A DNA stretch of 64,000 nt. It comes from Kudoa neothunni. Taxonomy: Eukaryota > Animalia > Cnidaria. The notes under the pieces are model-generated. The model was not told the DNA's origin and ran no database searches. It saw only the letters and a program-made list of their open reading frames with translations. The DNA is taken from positions 5,135,200-5,199,199 of the forward strand of contig OZ199840.1 of assembly GCA_964304625.1 (NCBI GenBank), in the 5' to 3' direction. The position numbers and the translations under genes are program-made. Of this stretch, positions 1-14,719 are shown one piece after another (positions within the stretch are counted from its first letter, which is position 1; each line of letters begins with the position of its first letter).

Positions 1-777
1 TGCTTTATCAAACATTTCCTTGTTAATTATTTATTTGAAATTGGATATTAATTTAAAAATAATACCATTATTATTTAATATTATTTTTTTCAAATAAATG
101 TTTAAAATTCATATTTTAAAATAAATAACGTGTATTTTATAAAATAGTACTTCTTTTGCTTATAATAATATATTTTTTATAATAATAACTCCGCATTATT
201 CCATTTCGTGTTTTAAATTGATAAATCTGATCTAACCATGATTACACATAAGATCAAAAATTACCGTAATTATTGAGTAAATACGTAAATGCTTAATTTT
301 TTAATGCGGAACCATTAATCTTAAATATTATATTTAGTTAAACCTAACACTATTTTTATATTACCATTAGAAAATTCATAGTTTTGTATTTTTGTAAAAT
401 TAATAGTCTTATTTTTAATACATTAGAATATAGATAATCGATATAATAAACTATAAATATAACTATATTTATAGTTTATTGATTCTCACATAAAATATTA
501 ATTAATTTTTATTTATATTAAGGGATCCTTCTTATGAATTAATCAAAAATTCTTTTATAATAATTTTAATTTATTAATTACTACTGATATTGAATAAATG
601 GGATTAAATAAAATCATTTTTCATAAATAATTTGAGAAATAAAATATTATTCAATATAAGTTTATAATTGTTGTTTTTATTAATGTGATATCATTATAAT
701 TAATTAAATGTAAATAAAGAAATTATTTCATCTAGAATAACTAAATAATTTTTTGTTAATTTGTAATGTTTTCATCT

Positions 778-1679
778 TCAGTTATTGTTGTATATTAATT
801 CTACTCCTTTGATTTTCAAATCAGGATATAATTGCAGCATATCGGTTATATCTTGTAAAGTATTAGAAATTTTATTTTCACCTATAATGTATATATTAGT
901 TTACTATAGTATATGTGTGTGTATATATTCAAAAATTACTATGTAATATATTTTGTGGACAAAAGGTATCTTTAATACATTTATGCTTGGCGATTTGATA
1001 GCATATTTTTTCCTCCTTTCGTAAAAAAATTAGAATCAATCATTGAACGATAAGTAATAACGGTATTTTTTAAATTGTCCTTCATTTGTGTGTTGCTAAT
1101 GAACTTTTCTTCTCTAGAATTTTTGTCTCGTGTTGGATCCATGCAAATTAAATGGTTCACTAACTATTAAATATAATAAAACAATTAAATTAAATATTAC
1201 CAAGCAAGGCATACACTCTACAGGTACTAAAACCTCTAAAACTAAAAAGAAAGGCATTAATAAACATATTAATGTATTTCATGCCTTGGTTTTGAGAACA
1301 TTTAAAATGATAAGCACATAGATCATTCGGTTCTGGAAATTTATTTACGAATCGATTTATACCTGTTCTGGCCTCCAACATTACGTGGTTCTTTGGTAAA
1401 TAAAAGTAAAAATTCAAATAAAATAAATTACGAGTTTCTCATCCTCATCGCCATATGAATTATGTATATAAATTAATGCTTGACTTATCTGCATTTGAGC
1501 TGGGATTCGAACCACAAACTGCACTAATTATTGTTAAATTTTTACAACAATTACTTGCTCATGTTTTATAGCAAAAATATTCCCCATCGTACCATAATCT
1601 AACGCAATCACAACTAAAAGTAATCTTATTATTTGTTGTCCGTAAAATAACTACAAAAAACAAAATATATTAAATTCAT
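778..1679 (-). CDS. Secreted Cys-rich saposin-like family, subfamily A, copy A1 (8 exons)
   Basis: Hand-spliced: MNLIYFVFFVIALDYGTMGNIFAIKHEQ|FVVRIPAQMQISQALIYIHNSYGDEDEKL|NHVMLEARTGINRFVNKFPEPNDLCAYHFKCSQNQ|VLEVLVPVECMPCL|LVNHLICMDPTRD...LKNT|EEKICYQIAKHKCIKDTFCPQNILH|SENKISNTLQDITDMLQLYPDLKIKGVELIYNNN*. Hydrophobic N-terminus; each exon has a counterpart in the paralogues; intron 4 is GC-AG. Saposin relationship is inferred via subfamily B. Confidence 0.8.
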
Positions 1680-2689
1680 TTTAAAATCAATTCTTATTCG
1701 TTTAGTATTTTTATCATCTCCAATTATAATCATTAAATATCTAATTCATTATCTTTTATTTATAATTTAATGCAATATAAATTTTATATCTCATATTTTA
1801 CGGATAAAATAGCTGCAATTTTACCTTATATACAATAAACAATAATGGAAATACATAAAATACAATAATACTACTTTTATAATTCAAATAACTCATTTTT
1901 AATTATTACATTTAAATATTGTTTCAATAGATATTAATTCATTTTAATATTAGATAGGGATATCAATAGCATTGAATTAATATTTATATTCTTGTATCAG
2001 GAAACAAATAAAATATCTAATGCTAGATTACAATTACATCAATTCAAATATCTAACCCTAGTTGTGACCGATTATGTAGTTATCTATTGGTTATTTTAAT
2101 ACATGCGATTGAGTTATATAACATTGAATAAATGTCATCAATTTATACAAAAGCATTAACGCTAATTCCTAGCTTTGTCTGGCATTATGTGATGGAAAAT
2201 TATAAAATTTATTTTTATTTTTGAATGGAGAAATTCTACGTAAAATTTAATCTAATTAGCACGTTAAACCCCGTAAATTTTATTTTTCTATTTTAATTTT
2301 TGCATTTTTAAGCTTTGGATTATTTTTGCAATGTGATGATTTTGGTACACCAAGTTATGTACTCACTTTCCATTCAAATATAAATGAAGGTATCGAGAGA
2401 AATTAATGAGTATTTTTAAGTTTATTTTACAAATAATTTACCCAAAATATAATTACCTTAATTTTACGAGCGATGTAATTTACGGCTTAAGTTTATATAT
2501 TTATTTATTAAATATCATCATTAAATAACTTATATAGGACTTTCAGTTCTTTTCAAAATAAGACGATAAATATTAATCCTTCATGTTATAAAAATTATTA
2601 TTAGTCTACAAACGACAAGAAAAATAAAATAATAAAATCTGAATAACATAAACAATCTTATTTTACTTTTTATGGGGAGGGGTAAAAAC

Positions 2690-3450
2690 AATCATTAAAT
2701 TTATCTGCCAGGCCAATAGACGCAACCACACGTATGTGCCAATTTGAAAAACATTAGATTTGTCGTGTTAACTCTGTTATACAATCCTTAATTTTCAATT
2801 ATTTTCTCTTTTTTTAAACATTTTCCTTACGAATTTTACGATATCAGAAATTGATATTCATACTTTCAAAGTTGAGTGAAATAACCGAAAATTCCACCAT
2901 TTTAAAACTACATTCTTGATTCTCTTTAATAATCATTGAAATTAAATTTTGGCAGGAGGAACTACTTCAATCCTACTATTGACAATCTTATAATAACGAA
3001 AAATACATCCAGAAATTAGATAAATTATTTATGGATCAATTGTCGATAATCCGAGGTGATGTTCTATAGTATGTTAAGTGTCATCCTTTATTGAATTGAA
3101 TGTTATATCCTAAATTTATAAATATACGTTTATAAGATAACAATATATTTACCCGTTATACACGTGTATCCCTTAAAAACAAAACATAGTTTTGTTTGTA
3201 GAGAAAAAAAATCATTAAATTTAGTCGATACTAATTATTTTAAATATATTTTCACGCCGTTTCAAGTGTTATAAAATTCTAGAGGATGTCCGAAATTTAC
3301 AGACGACATAGATTTGTTTATCCAACACTAGGGTCAAATTTGGCTACGAGCACGATCAAACGTGTAACCAACTCCGGACAGGGAGGATTAAAAGGGTATG
3401 ACTTGGTTTTTAAGTGCGAAAAGAAACTTCTTATTAACGATATTAAGATT
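2690..3450 (-). mobile_element. Probable highly decayed Ty3/gypsy LTR-retrotransposon pol fragment
   Basis: Minus-strand broken frames give RNase H-end-like 'HTIEHHLG' (~3050-3075) followed by integrase Zn-region-like 'VYWPG' (~2705-2725), in the expected order; many stops, no LTRs seen. Confidence 0.3.
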
Positions 3451-3576
3451 ATTAAAGGAAATAAACACACTTCAGTAATTTAATACATTTTATTTTATAA
3501 ACTTACATTAATTCATAAGGTAACGGAACATTAAATTCGCGTGATCAAAACATTAAGTTTTATACAGGTTTTTTAA

Positions 3577-5938
3577 CTTTCCGGAGCGTAAAATTAATCA
3601 TTTGCTTTATACTCAATTAAATCTCTCAATATAATTCATTTTTTTATTTGAAAATTTCAAAGTAATTAGATTGAATGAAATTGACTTAATATAACTACGT
3701 TAATAAGTAGACTATCTTCACCTTGAAATAACGTTAATGACTATATTCAATGATTATTTTACAATGTAATATTAATTTTTACCTTAAGATGACTCAACAA
3801 AGTTTAAATAAAATATCAAAGAACTTTAAGAAATTATAATTTTAACTTCCATCCACAGAATCAAATAGACGATAAGATCACTTTGAGATTAATTTGAGAT
3901 ACACACGACAGGTAACTTTGTTGTTTGGGTTTTAAGGGGTACGTGTATTTTTGTACAAAAATTTTTCGATATTTTTACATAAAGAAATTTTATTATAAAA
4001 TAAATCGGATGATATTATTGGGAATTTAAATAAAAATTTAGAATATTTTAACAGTGATCTGGAAGTTAAGGATAACTAATATGAGGAATAGTTTAATTAT
4101 GGCTTTTTCGAATATTCAGAAATTTTATATGAGTCAAAAGTCGAGTGTGATAAGATATTAGAGAAGATTTCAACCACTAAATCGGATTTCCAATGGAAAT
4201 ATGTTTGAAAATCAAGAAAATGGACGAATCTTCGCCATCGTGTTAATAACGGGATAGATTCTATGGGGATTTTAGAGAATATTACATCATTTCATGGTTC
4301 TAGGTGAGGATGGGAAACTTAAAATTTCGTCACCACCTTCCAATGGTACTATTCTTTTCGCAGAAGAATATTACGTTAATGACAATTTTTATAAGCAATA
4401 AACGCTACATAGCTTAAATTCTACAGGGTGTGACTAATCAAAATGAGTTATCGCCAAAATTTATCTTCTGTAAGAACGTAACGCTAATACCATATGTTCA
4501 AAAGAAAAAGCTTATAATTTTTCGGTTATTATCTGTTCCCATGATAGATCAATTGAAAAATCATAATATAATAACTCTGATATAATTATCAATAACAATC
4601 AAAGCAGAGGAAGTTTGATGCCGGCGATCGAATGGCGTAAAAGTATAGCTGTGTTGTTATAACTAGAAGATGGCTCTTCAGCATGTTTATATATCTTATT
4701 GGTGTTCCAGCATTTAACGCTTATATAATATTGTTATAGGAATTCCCAGACCTGTGATCATGTTATCGAAATCGGTGGCAATGTTTTCTTCGCGATCTTA
4801 TAGCGTTACTCATCGAAACGAATGTTTTGAGTTGTCAAATTTTAGCGAATAACTATTGTTCTCATATTAAAATTAGATTTCTATTATTTAATAAATAAAT
4901 CAATTTCTGGGTAAATAATATTTAACATGAATCGGTCAATATATACACACTGTTGAGAAAAAATATTGAATAAGAGAACAGAATTTCATGTTAAACAATC
5001 AAAAAACTGCATTCGTTCTAATTAAATTAAATAGAGAATATAAAATGTCCAAATTGCAATTTTAAATAAAACTTATATACATAAAATAAACTCAATATAT
5101 ATTTTTTTTAGTTTCAGACTACTTTTTAGGAAAACATTCATTGTGTATCTGATATTCGTTTTATGGAAGATATAACGAAATCTACATTGCGAATAAATTA
5201 CATTTTATTCAAAATTATGATAGTCTATGCATAAAGGTTTTTTAATTGATATTATTATTCGGAGGTTTTAATTTTATGTTAAAAACTCAACTTAACCTAT
5301 AAAATAATACTCAACAATAACATAGTATGTTATAAAAGCTAATAATTCAATTAACTCAAAAATACTAAATTATTATAGCTCAATTTAATGTATGTATGTA
5401 CGCTTAATTTATTGTATTCAGTCTTCAGTATTACTCAACATTATATTTTATTATTATCCAATTATTAAATTGTAAAATATAGTTAAACAATGATTGCTAT
5501 GTTGAAAAAGAACTCCATTCCAAATTAACCTTGTTATCCATCTTTGGGATTAAGGTAAATTCTCAATAACCTACAACCGTTGGGTCTGAATTTTTTGGGC
5601 GTATTATAGAGAAAGCGAAAAAACATTGAAGCTGACTGTTGACCCCTCTATGAGTTAATTGGTGGTTTTATTTTGTTGTAAACTATATTAATATCGAATA
5701 TATAATCGATTCGTTGTTTCTTTTGTGAATCGTGATTATCAGTTAAATGCGTGTTTCTTACTATAATGCTAAACTACTATTACTTTTGTGTGGTTTTTTA
5801 ATTCTTTATGATAAATGTAAGACATATTAAATGATTTCTTTTGACGCATAAGTGCAATAACATGAAAATTTTCTGGGATGCAAAATGCACCCCCTTCGTC
5901 GCCTGTGCTAGTTTTTTTTGAGTTCCTTCTTCTGAGGG
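3577..5938 (+). mobile_element. Decayed piggyBac-type transposon remnant(s)
   Basis: ~4590-4735 reads YSCVVITRRWLFSMFIYLIGVPAFNAYILL, resembling the piggyBac C-terminal 'YS...TRRWP...F..L.....NA.I' block; TTAA-flanked end-like sequences at 3573-3576 and GAGGG|TTAA at 5939-5942. The two ends may belong to different elements. Confidence 0.45.
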
Positions 5939-6042
5939 TTAATGTGGGTATATAATTTTATAACATTCCCATAGAAATTTGAAATTTACTCTATTTATCT
6001 ATATTTGTTTAACGTACCATGTATCAAAAACTTGGCTAAAAT

Positions 6043-6120
6043 ATAGGTTTAGGTTATGCCCCAACAAATTCCATCCTCTAACCAGCTTAGGAGAAAATCA
6101 TCCCATGGGTTTTTATGCTT
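6043..6120 (-). repeat. Solo terminal fragment of the hAT family found at 19353-23353
   Basis: tataggtttaggttatgc...aattccatcctctaac... is close to the reverse complement of 23285-23355. Confidence 0.65.
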
Positions 6121-7008
6121 ATATTAAATTGAAAAATAATAAATAAATTATACATATGTCAAAAAATTAGCTAGAGTCGATAATGAAATTTTTATTCAAA
6201 ACTCAATAATTTCTTACGTGGTACAAATCCAAAAAAAACCTCTATTTATTAGTTGTGATTGAATTATATTAATAAAGGAATATTGTTTTTATATAGTTAA
6301 CTTTATCTATTTGAAAATTGAGCCTTGTTTGATATTTGCAATTTTTACTATATATTTGACGTAATTATTATATTTAGATAAGGTAAAATTTATTATTTGG
6401 ATTAAAACTTTAACCTAGTAATAAATTAACGCTTGAATATTTATGAAAATAAATATATTTATATCGTACTTATATTGATTTTCATAGAATAAATTTTTTA
6501 TTCAACCATTATCGCTATAAGATTAATTTTATTTATTACTTATTATTCGGCAAAAAATTATAGCATATTAAATTCGGAGGTCGGTTTTTAAATGATGAAA
6601 TATTATTTACTAATAAAAAGTAAATAGAATATTCATTATAAATTTTTCAATTACTCATATATATAAAATATTTACAATTACTTTGAATAAAGATATATAA
6701 TATATTCATTCATATCTAGGTCAAATAATTTAATTTCAATATTTTTTAAAGCTTACAAAACAGTGTTATATTTACTTATAATTGTTTAAAAAAAATATAA
6801 TAAATTATAATATAGTATAATCAACACCAATAAAATTTTAATTACGTAAATTTTTTACCAAGTGACAATAAATACACGGAAAAAAATATTGTTAAATTTG
6901 AACAATGCGTATATTTAAAATTGTAATATAAATTTTAAGATGATTTTCATTGAAATAAATAGATTGTGAAAAGAGATAATATTTTAGACGTAGTTCATAT
7001 CTATGTTG

Positions 7009-8498
7009 TTAGTTGGATTCGAATATTAGTTCCACCTCATTTATTTTCAAATTTGGAAATTTAATCAGTATTTCTTCTAAATTTTGCATAGTTCGAGAAG
7101 ATACATTTTTTTGGAATCCCCAGTTTTCACCTATAATCAAATTTACAAACATGATTTAGAATTATAAATCATTATTAATATGATATATAAATTTGAATTA
7201 TTTTTTTCAATTACTGTGTAATACATTTGGTGAGCAGTATTCTGCTCTAATACATCTATGTTTGGCAATTCTGAAATGTCTCTTATCATCCTTTTATACA
7301 ATTATAAAATTAATTATTCAGTAGTAATTATTATATAATATTTCAACATCAGTTTTCATGTGAGGTGTGCGCCAATATTATATCATAAATATACCAAAAA
7401 ATAGATATTTACTGTTAGATAAAACGCACAAAATCCGCGAATTTTATGTTTTAAGGATAATTTCAGTGATTTTGGCTCCATTTTAAGATTTATTAATACT
7501 AAATCTAATGATTAAACTATTTGTTTGATTTTGTCTATATATGGTCGTAAATTAAATAACGTATCAAAGGGATGATACAAATATTCGGTTTTGTTATCAA
7601 TGTTCTAGATGATAGTGTTTAACTAATTGTATTACATACACGGTTATGCGATCATATAATCTACCATGATAAAGTTATATAATGGATTATTTCGTATTTT
7701 TTAAATAAATATAAAATATTATTTGATAAATCATCATTAAAATAGTTAAAATTTTTAATCTCAATTAAGCAGGGTAATAGACATTCTATTCTACTGATTG
7801 TGTCGATTGCAATTTGGTCAGCTCAGTTTCAAAGTGATGTTGAAATAATGTAATATTTTAATTACGTCATTTTTTAGGTTATGATGAATCATTGGATTAT
7901 TGCCAAGGTTGAGGGAACCACTGCCATCATTTGGATTTGGTTCCTTGAGCATTAAATAATTAACTAGCTATATAAAAATATATCTAAAGTATCAATTATA
8001 ACTTTACCAAGCAAGGCATGCACTCTGTTGGTAGTAAAACTTCCAAAACTATAGTGATTATTAAAGAAAAAGATAATCTAAAGTTTTCATTGTTACCTTG
8101 ATTATCACTGCATTTGAAATAAAGTATACACAATTCATTTGGTTCAGGATATTTGTTTACAAACGCATTGAGACCTATCCTAGCGGTTCCAATTACCCTA
8201 TTCTAATAATTTAAAAAATATAGTCAATTATAAATGTATATTCTAACAATTTTTTCATTAACATTTCCATAACGTAGATGAATTATATTTAAAGCGTCAC
8301 TTATTTGTGTTTGAGCTCGAAAGTGAAGAATCAACTAAAAAAATGAGATTGATTATTAATACCAATTACCTACCTGTTCGTGTTTCAACTTTATATTCTT
8401 GCCTAATATTTGGTATATAATTGTAATTAAAGCTAAAAGTATTTATTGTATTAATTTATAGTAAAATATTCACCGAAAACAAAAGGAATAACGATCAT
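7009..8498 (-). CDS. Secreted Cys-rich saposin-like family, subfamily A, copy A2 (8 exons)
   Basis: MIVIPFVFALITIIYQILGKNIKLKHEQ|LILHFRAQTQISDALNIIHLRYGNVNEKI|NRVIGTARIGLNAFVNKYPEPNELCILYFKCSDNQ|VLEVLLPTECMPCL|LVNYLMLKEPNPND...LKND|DDKRHFRIAKHRCIRAEYCSPNVLH|SENWGFQKNVSSRTMQNLEEILIKFPNLKINEVELIFESN*. All GT-AG; intron 6 is long (7291-7865); closest paralogue of A1. Confidence 0.8.
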
Positions 8499-10277
8499 TT
8501 ATTAATCAATTAAAATATTATTGGATTATAGATGAGAAATTATCTATATATAAACATAATTATCACGATTTTTATTAATAAAAAATAACAAATGAAATAA
8601 TTATATAACATTAATAATAGAAAAGGCTGATATTAAATCAAATATCAAATAACAAGACAATATTTTTAGATTTCACTGATATGATATCGTTTGATTGATA
8701 ATAAAATATATGTTTATATTCACGAATATTAGATTGCGTTTCAATGATAATTAGTAAATATAAAAATAGATCTATAATATTTTAGAAAAATCTATCTAAC
8801 ATTTATCTCATCTAATCTTAATTCAATAAGTATATCTATATTCATTTAATGTTTACCAATTATAATTTTATTTTCCAGTGATAATATATATAGTTATATT
8901 GAAATTGATAAAAATAATAATAATAAACACATATGGAATTAATGTATAAAAAACAATTACATACAGAAAATGAAGACATTTTTGTACTTAAGAATACAAT
9001 TATTTTAATTAAATATCACTATGAAGTAATCTAGCATCAATATTATTCAGATACATTTTAATCTGGTAATTGATGCTAACAATCAGAAAATTCCTTATTT
9101 TTGACTGCGGTATTGATTATATTTATACTTCTAAGTAAATGAAAGGTTTTTATTAATGGTATGATCTATTCTGATGCAAACGTTAAGAAGCATTTAAAAA
9201 AAGTTTATCCGTGACACAAGCATACTGCTGCAGACACACAAACGTACTGACAGATATAACTTTGTATTTATAGTAGGTAGATAGTTGATAAGGGGCAAAT
9301 ATTATTAGCTCAAAAGTTTTTAGTTTCTAGGCTAATAACTTATTAACTTATATAAAGTAAAAAACTATAGAACGATCTAAAATAAATATTTATATATATA
9401 TATAAATATATGATTTAGTCAGGTTTTATTAATTATTTTTTTATTGTTATCGGAACACTTCGTATTTTTTTGAATTTAAAAACAAAACTAATAATTTATT
9501 TATCATATTCATTGAATAAAATAAAATATATATATGGACACTTTAGACATAAAAATATATTTTTTGTGTTGGAATGCAAATCCTAAATAAAAATAAATGG
9601 TAAGTTATAAAAATAAAATGTTTTTACTCTGAATTTTAATATAGGTTTAGGTCGTCTAATAACAATGACCATCTTCAAAAAACATAGAATATGAAGAAAT
9701 CTGTAAGAATGCACGCGCTATTGCAATTTTTTATCCCAATATTTTATTTATGCAAATAATTCAACATTTTAATTTAGAACAACGGATATTTTATATTATT
9801 CTCTACCGATCGCTTGTTTCGTTCACAGGATTACAAAAATATTTAATATTTTTAAAACTCAGCATATTTTTTACATTTATTCAGTCATAATATTCACATT
9901 CTTTTAATTCATTATTTAAAAAATATTTTCATTTTTTCGTAATTATTCTATTAGTCACTTTAATATTGAGTAATTTTTACTTATTTAGGAATCAGGATTG
10001 GAAAATAAGTTATATTTATTTAATATAAAACATATCATCCTACAATATTTTTTGGGATACATCATTTAATTTTTCAAATATTTAATTAAAATCTTTTTTT
10101 ACGCAAAACGCTTTTTATTATTTTATTAATATTTTCAATGACAAGACCAAAAATTACTTTTATACCTAACTAATATGATGAGTATATCGATCATACTCCC
10201 ATAAGGAATAATTAAATATCAACGAAATGAAAAATTTATAATATTAAAATAAACCTGTATTTCTAAAACAAATTCAA

Positions 10278-11226
10278 TCATTTTTTAGTATATACTAAAA
10301 ATATCGTTATTTTTGTCATCTTGAATCGTTTAATTTGACTTTGAATATAATGATGATATCTTTTGGTTTTGTTTAATTTATTCAACGATAATCTCATATT
10401 CACCCCTATTTAAGACGTTGAATAAAAATTAAATAACTAATAAATTAAAAAATTTAATTTTTTTTTAATTGAAATTATACTATTATCATTGGATATATTG
10501 CCAGATGAAACGGATCGTTGAGGGCAAAATTTGTCTTTTACACATTTTATTTTTGATGTCTGAACACAATATTGTTCACCCTGTAATTTATATAAGATTA
10601 TTATAACAATTAATTACATTCGAATTTATTCAAATTTACGGCATCAAAGGTCCATTCATCCATACACTTTAGGTAAAATGCATTCTAAAAGGTAATAATA
10701 TTAAATATTTTAGAATTAACATTACTATGCATGGCATACAGGTGTGTGGTTCATTAAATAATTTGACTATTCAGAAAAATTAATTACGTACAATATATGA
10801 TATTATACTTAAGTTTTTAACACATCTTGCATAGCGCGAACACAGTTGAGTCGGTTCAGGAAAATTGTTAATAAATCTAAACAAATCGCTACTAGCCTTT
10901 ATAGTGATTATGTCCTAAATTATAAATTAAATAGAATTATAAAATGAGAAAATATACAACGTTGTCAGGATTACTATTGTAAAAAACCATTATTATTTGT
11001 AAAGCGTCAATTAGTTGATTACGAGCTTCAATAGTATAAATATACTAAAACATTTTATGACAAAAATCATAACTACTAATGACTGTTTGAGTTAGATTGT
11101 TTTTATTGACGATTGATAATCCAAAACCGAATACTCTACCTTATTAATGAAAATAATAAAATAAGGTTAATTTAGTGTAACTCTGCTACTCCAATAAAAT
11201 AGAACCGAAAATACAAATTTATACAT
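10278..11226 (-). CDS. Secreted Cys-rich saposin-like family, subfamily A, copy A3
   Basis: MYKFVFSVLFYWSRVFGFGLSIVNKNNLTQT|YIYTIEARNQLIDALQIIMVFYNSNPDNV|DIITIKASSDLFRFINNFPEPTQLCSRYARCVKNL|IKLFNEPHTCMPCI|NAFYLKCMDEWTFDA|GEQYCVQTSKIKCVKDKFCPQRSVSS...|...QIKRFKMTKITIFLVYTKK*. Last-exon boundary is less certain. Confidence 0.75.
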
Positions 11227-12659
11227 CTTCGACAATCTTTATTTACACTGAACAATATAATTCTTATCAACTCTTAAAGAAATTCAAAACATAATATTTA
11301 CAAGAATATTTAGTTTTTCTTAGACCTATAAAAAAAATAAAATTATATAATTTCAATTTATAATTTTGTAATATACACGGTATCAAAGAAATATATTACA
11401 AGGATATTAAACTATATTATATTAAATGCTACTTAGATTATTATTATCTTAATAATATCATTTTGGAAATGGTATCTATTTATATGTTCAGAATATATTT
11501 ATTCATTTACATACTAGAGAAATGTATATTATGATAATCAATTATTATTATTAAAGTTTTATTTTTAATCCAATTTTCAAAAATTCTGTTAGTGATATAA
11601 ATTTTTATTTCTATTTAGTATTAGTCATTGCGTGGTTATAGAAAATAATATTATTTGATATTGAATTAGAAATTTCGGGAAAAATTAAATTATGTATACA
11701 TATTGCATCACATAATCATTTATTATAGATGCAATATAATTATGATGATATTTTTATCTATGGTGATAATTTATGATAATACTAATTTTCGCAGTTGAAA
11801 CCAATTAAAATTGGATATCATTAAACTTGTTAAATATGTATACATTATAAAGGCTCGTAAAAACTAAGTTAGGTAAAAAATAATTTACAAGATCTTCTGT
11901 TTAAGTATAATTAATCATTGCAACTCATCAATATAACACATACGATAAATATAAGTTAATGAATCAAATTAATTTAACTTTGAGTGTTACAAACCATTTG
12001 TCACTAATAACATAATTTGGTAAGATAATAATTCACTAAAAATATACAATTATTACATCTATATTATATTATTAAATAATCAGAATATATTCACAAAAGA
12101 TAATTAATTAATTTATTATTATTTAATAAAAAATATTATATTTATTTAAACATTCTCTATTATATCGAAAGATTTATAAAGATTAAAGATTGAAATTTTA
12201 ATTATTTGAGACCATATCTCGAAAATAATTAAAATGGAAATATGTATAGGTTCAATTTTTTACTTCATATATATCTAATATATATATATATATAAATGTG
12301 ATTTAAAATAAAAATATGATTTTATTATAATATCTCTTATTATAGTAAACTCTTGATACTACGTAAATCGTTGTATTTTAACATGTTTAATGACTTTATT
12401 TGGGTATAGAAAAAAATAATATTGTGTGAGTTTAGAAATCTATGGTTTACTGAACAATTATTTATATATATATATATATATAAAGTTAAAATGGAAAAAG
12501 AGAAAAAATTAATGTTCTCGTTATTGCGTAACTCAAATAATTGATTTTATCTATCAAGTCTTCAAAATGCATCACAATAAAAATCGAAAATTACTTGATC
12601 ACAGAGAAATAATCCAGATAAAATCACAAAAATGAAACATTATTTTATAAATAGTCACA

Positions 12660-14300
12660 GGTAGGGTTCAAACCGCCAGGCCTATGTTTATTGACAATGG
12701 CTATTCTTATGGAAACGAATTACTCCTCTGTTATGGAAGACATTACAAGTCTGGTTGCTTATATGAATTTATCTGTTTTTGATCTAATTTCTATATATAA
12801 ATTATTAGATAATTTAAAGAATAAAATTTCAGCATTTGTAAGCCCTACATATAGTGTTTTAGTGTTTAATAACTAAATTTACATATTCCGGGTGTAAACT
12901 TATGTAATATAAACAATTTAGTTGGAATAAAACGTAAGCATGTCTAATGGTGGTTAGAAATCATTATTTTAATACGTCTTAACGCACGCTGTTTAACTTA
13001 GAATGAGTCATCTCCAATAATTTACGAAACATGTACGTTTCTATGTAAACATTTTTCAGTATAAATTTAACAAAAATTTCGTTAACTAATTAACATTAAT
13101 TGGATTCGAAATATTTTACATTGATTTTAACCACTTTTCTCATGTATCTGTATCTATAAGATTGTAACATAGTTTCGTGGAATTTTCGTTGTTTTGCCCC
13201 AACAAATGTGTATACTTTCAACAGATGTATGAGAAAGGTTTACATGGTGCCTATTAGTGAATACAGAACCTATACTTGTTAATTTAAACACATTTATCAA
13301 TTTTTAACAAGAAGGGTGAATCTAAATTTTCTGCATTAAATCCTCAGGTAGTGGTAGCGTTGCAATAAGTAATTTTATAAAATGAAAATCTCTGAATAGT
13401 GATTTTGCTTCGACTATTGTAAAGCGAGCCAACGAAGAAATTTAGTATATAATTAACAATGTTGGAGATAAAATAACGGTTAATTCGTCCTTGAGAATTT
13501 TGAATCGTTCTGAAAAACTTCATTTTAAGATTGCAAACATTTGCTTCCTGATACAAATAAATGCGTAATTTTTATAGTTCAGATAAATCAATTTTTTACT
13601 CCATTGAAGAATTGATCAACTTATCCACTAGCCATGGTGTTTTAACTGTGTGCTAAAATTAAATTTCTGCGAAATAATCATATTCAAAAAATTTTAACAG
13701 TAAAATAGCATTTTTTAATTTAAGGAATAGGTCTGAACAAATCAATTTAATAGCGCTTCATATGAAGAAATAAGGACATCACCTTTCAGACTTATTCCAT
13801 GCAATTGGTATTTTATATCTTACAAACTAATAAATTTCTATTCTCCAACTAAATATAATATACACAATTGTTCTACAGATTTCGGTTATTTCATAGTTGG
13901 TTAAAACTTAGAAATAGTCTCATGAAATAGAACGCCTCATAATCAAATAGGATTTACGCACATATTCCGAAATTATGGGTGACCAAAGAATACTCCAACA
14001 AGACAGTTTCTACTTATTAGTAAATTTTTTAACTTGTGATTTCAATTAAAGTATTTATATTACACAATAATAGGTTCAGTAAATGTGAGTGTATTTAATG
14101 AACAGTTTAGTAAATAGGGCAGACAAAGTTTTAAAAATTGATTCTTTAAATTTGCAAAGAATTTTAAAAATATTAGATTATAAATTTATACATTCAAATA
14201 AGAAATTAAATTTGAAATTTCTTCTATAACGGAGGAGTTATTCAATTCCATGTGAGTAGTCACTCAAGGAGAGAGGATTATATGGATCCACAAAAATAGC
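12660..14300 (-). mobile_element. Decayed hAT transposase remnant
   Basis: Minus-strand fragments in hAT order: LAHS*N (~13645, cf. CxAHxLNL), FLRWLAL (~13425, cf. TRWxS), ALRRIK (~12975, cf. dimerisation domain ERxFSxLRRIK). Many stops; boundaries approximate. Confidence 0.4.
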
Positions 14301-14719
14301 CATTGTCTGGTTTATTTGGTAGATAACTAATACTCTGTTACCACTGATTGTGTGTAAGTTAATTTTTTCTTATATTCATAATAACATTACATTATCTTAA
14401 ATAGTAAAGAAATATAAAGCATTAAAAATAACGAATATTTTTAATAAAATAATTATTTGTAATTTTTTCGCGTATGTTTGTATCGTTTTTGATTAATATT
14501 TACTAAGTACAAACGAAAAGATCAGCATTATTAAATGTCATCTGTTTTAATACGAATGAATTGTTTTTTTTTTGAAACTAATGAATGATTTTTAAATAAA
14601 ATTTTATGTATTATGTGAATTTTAATATATTAATAAATTTAATATTTATAAAATATACAAAACGAGAAACACAGAAAAGTATTTTGTAATTTAAATCGTA
14701 ATTTTAAAGGATATATATT

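Noticed and set aside
1780-1896. Upstream ATG giving MSYLNYKSSIIVFYVFPLLF as the A1 start
   Set aside because: The ATG at 1679 matches the paralogues' short phase-1 first exon and needs no extra long intron.
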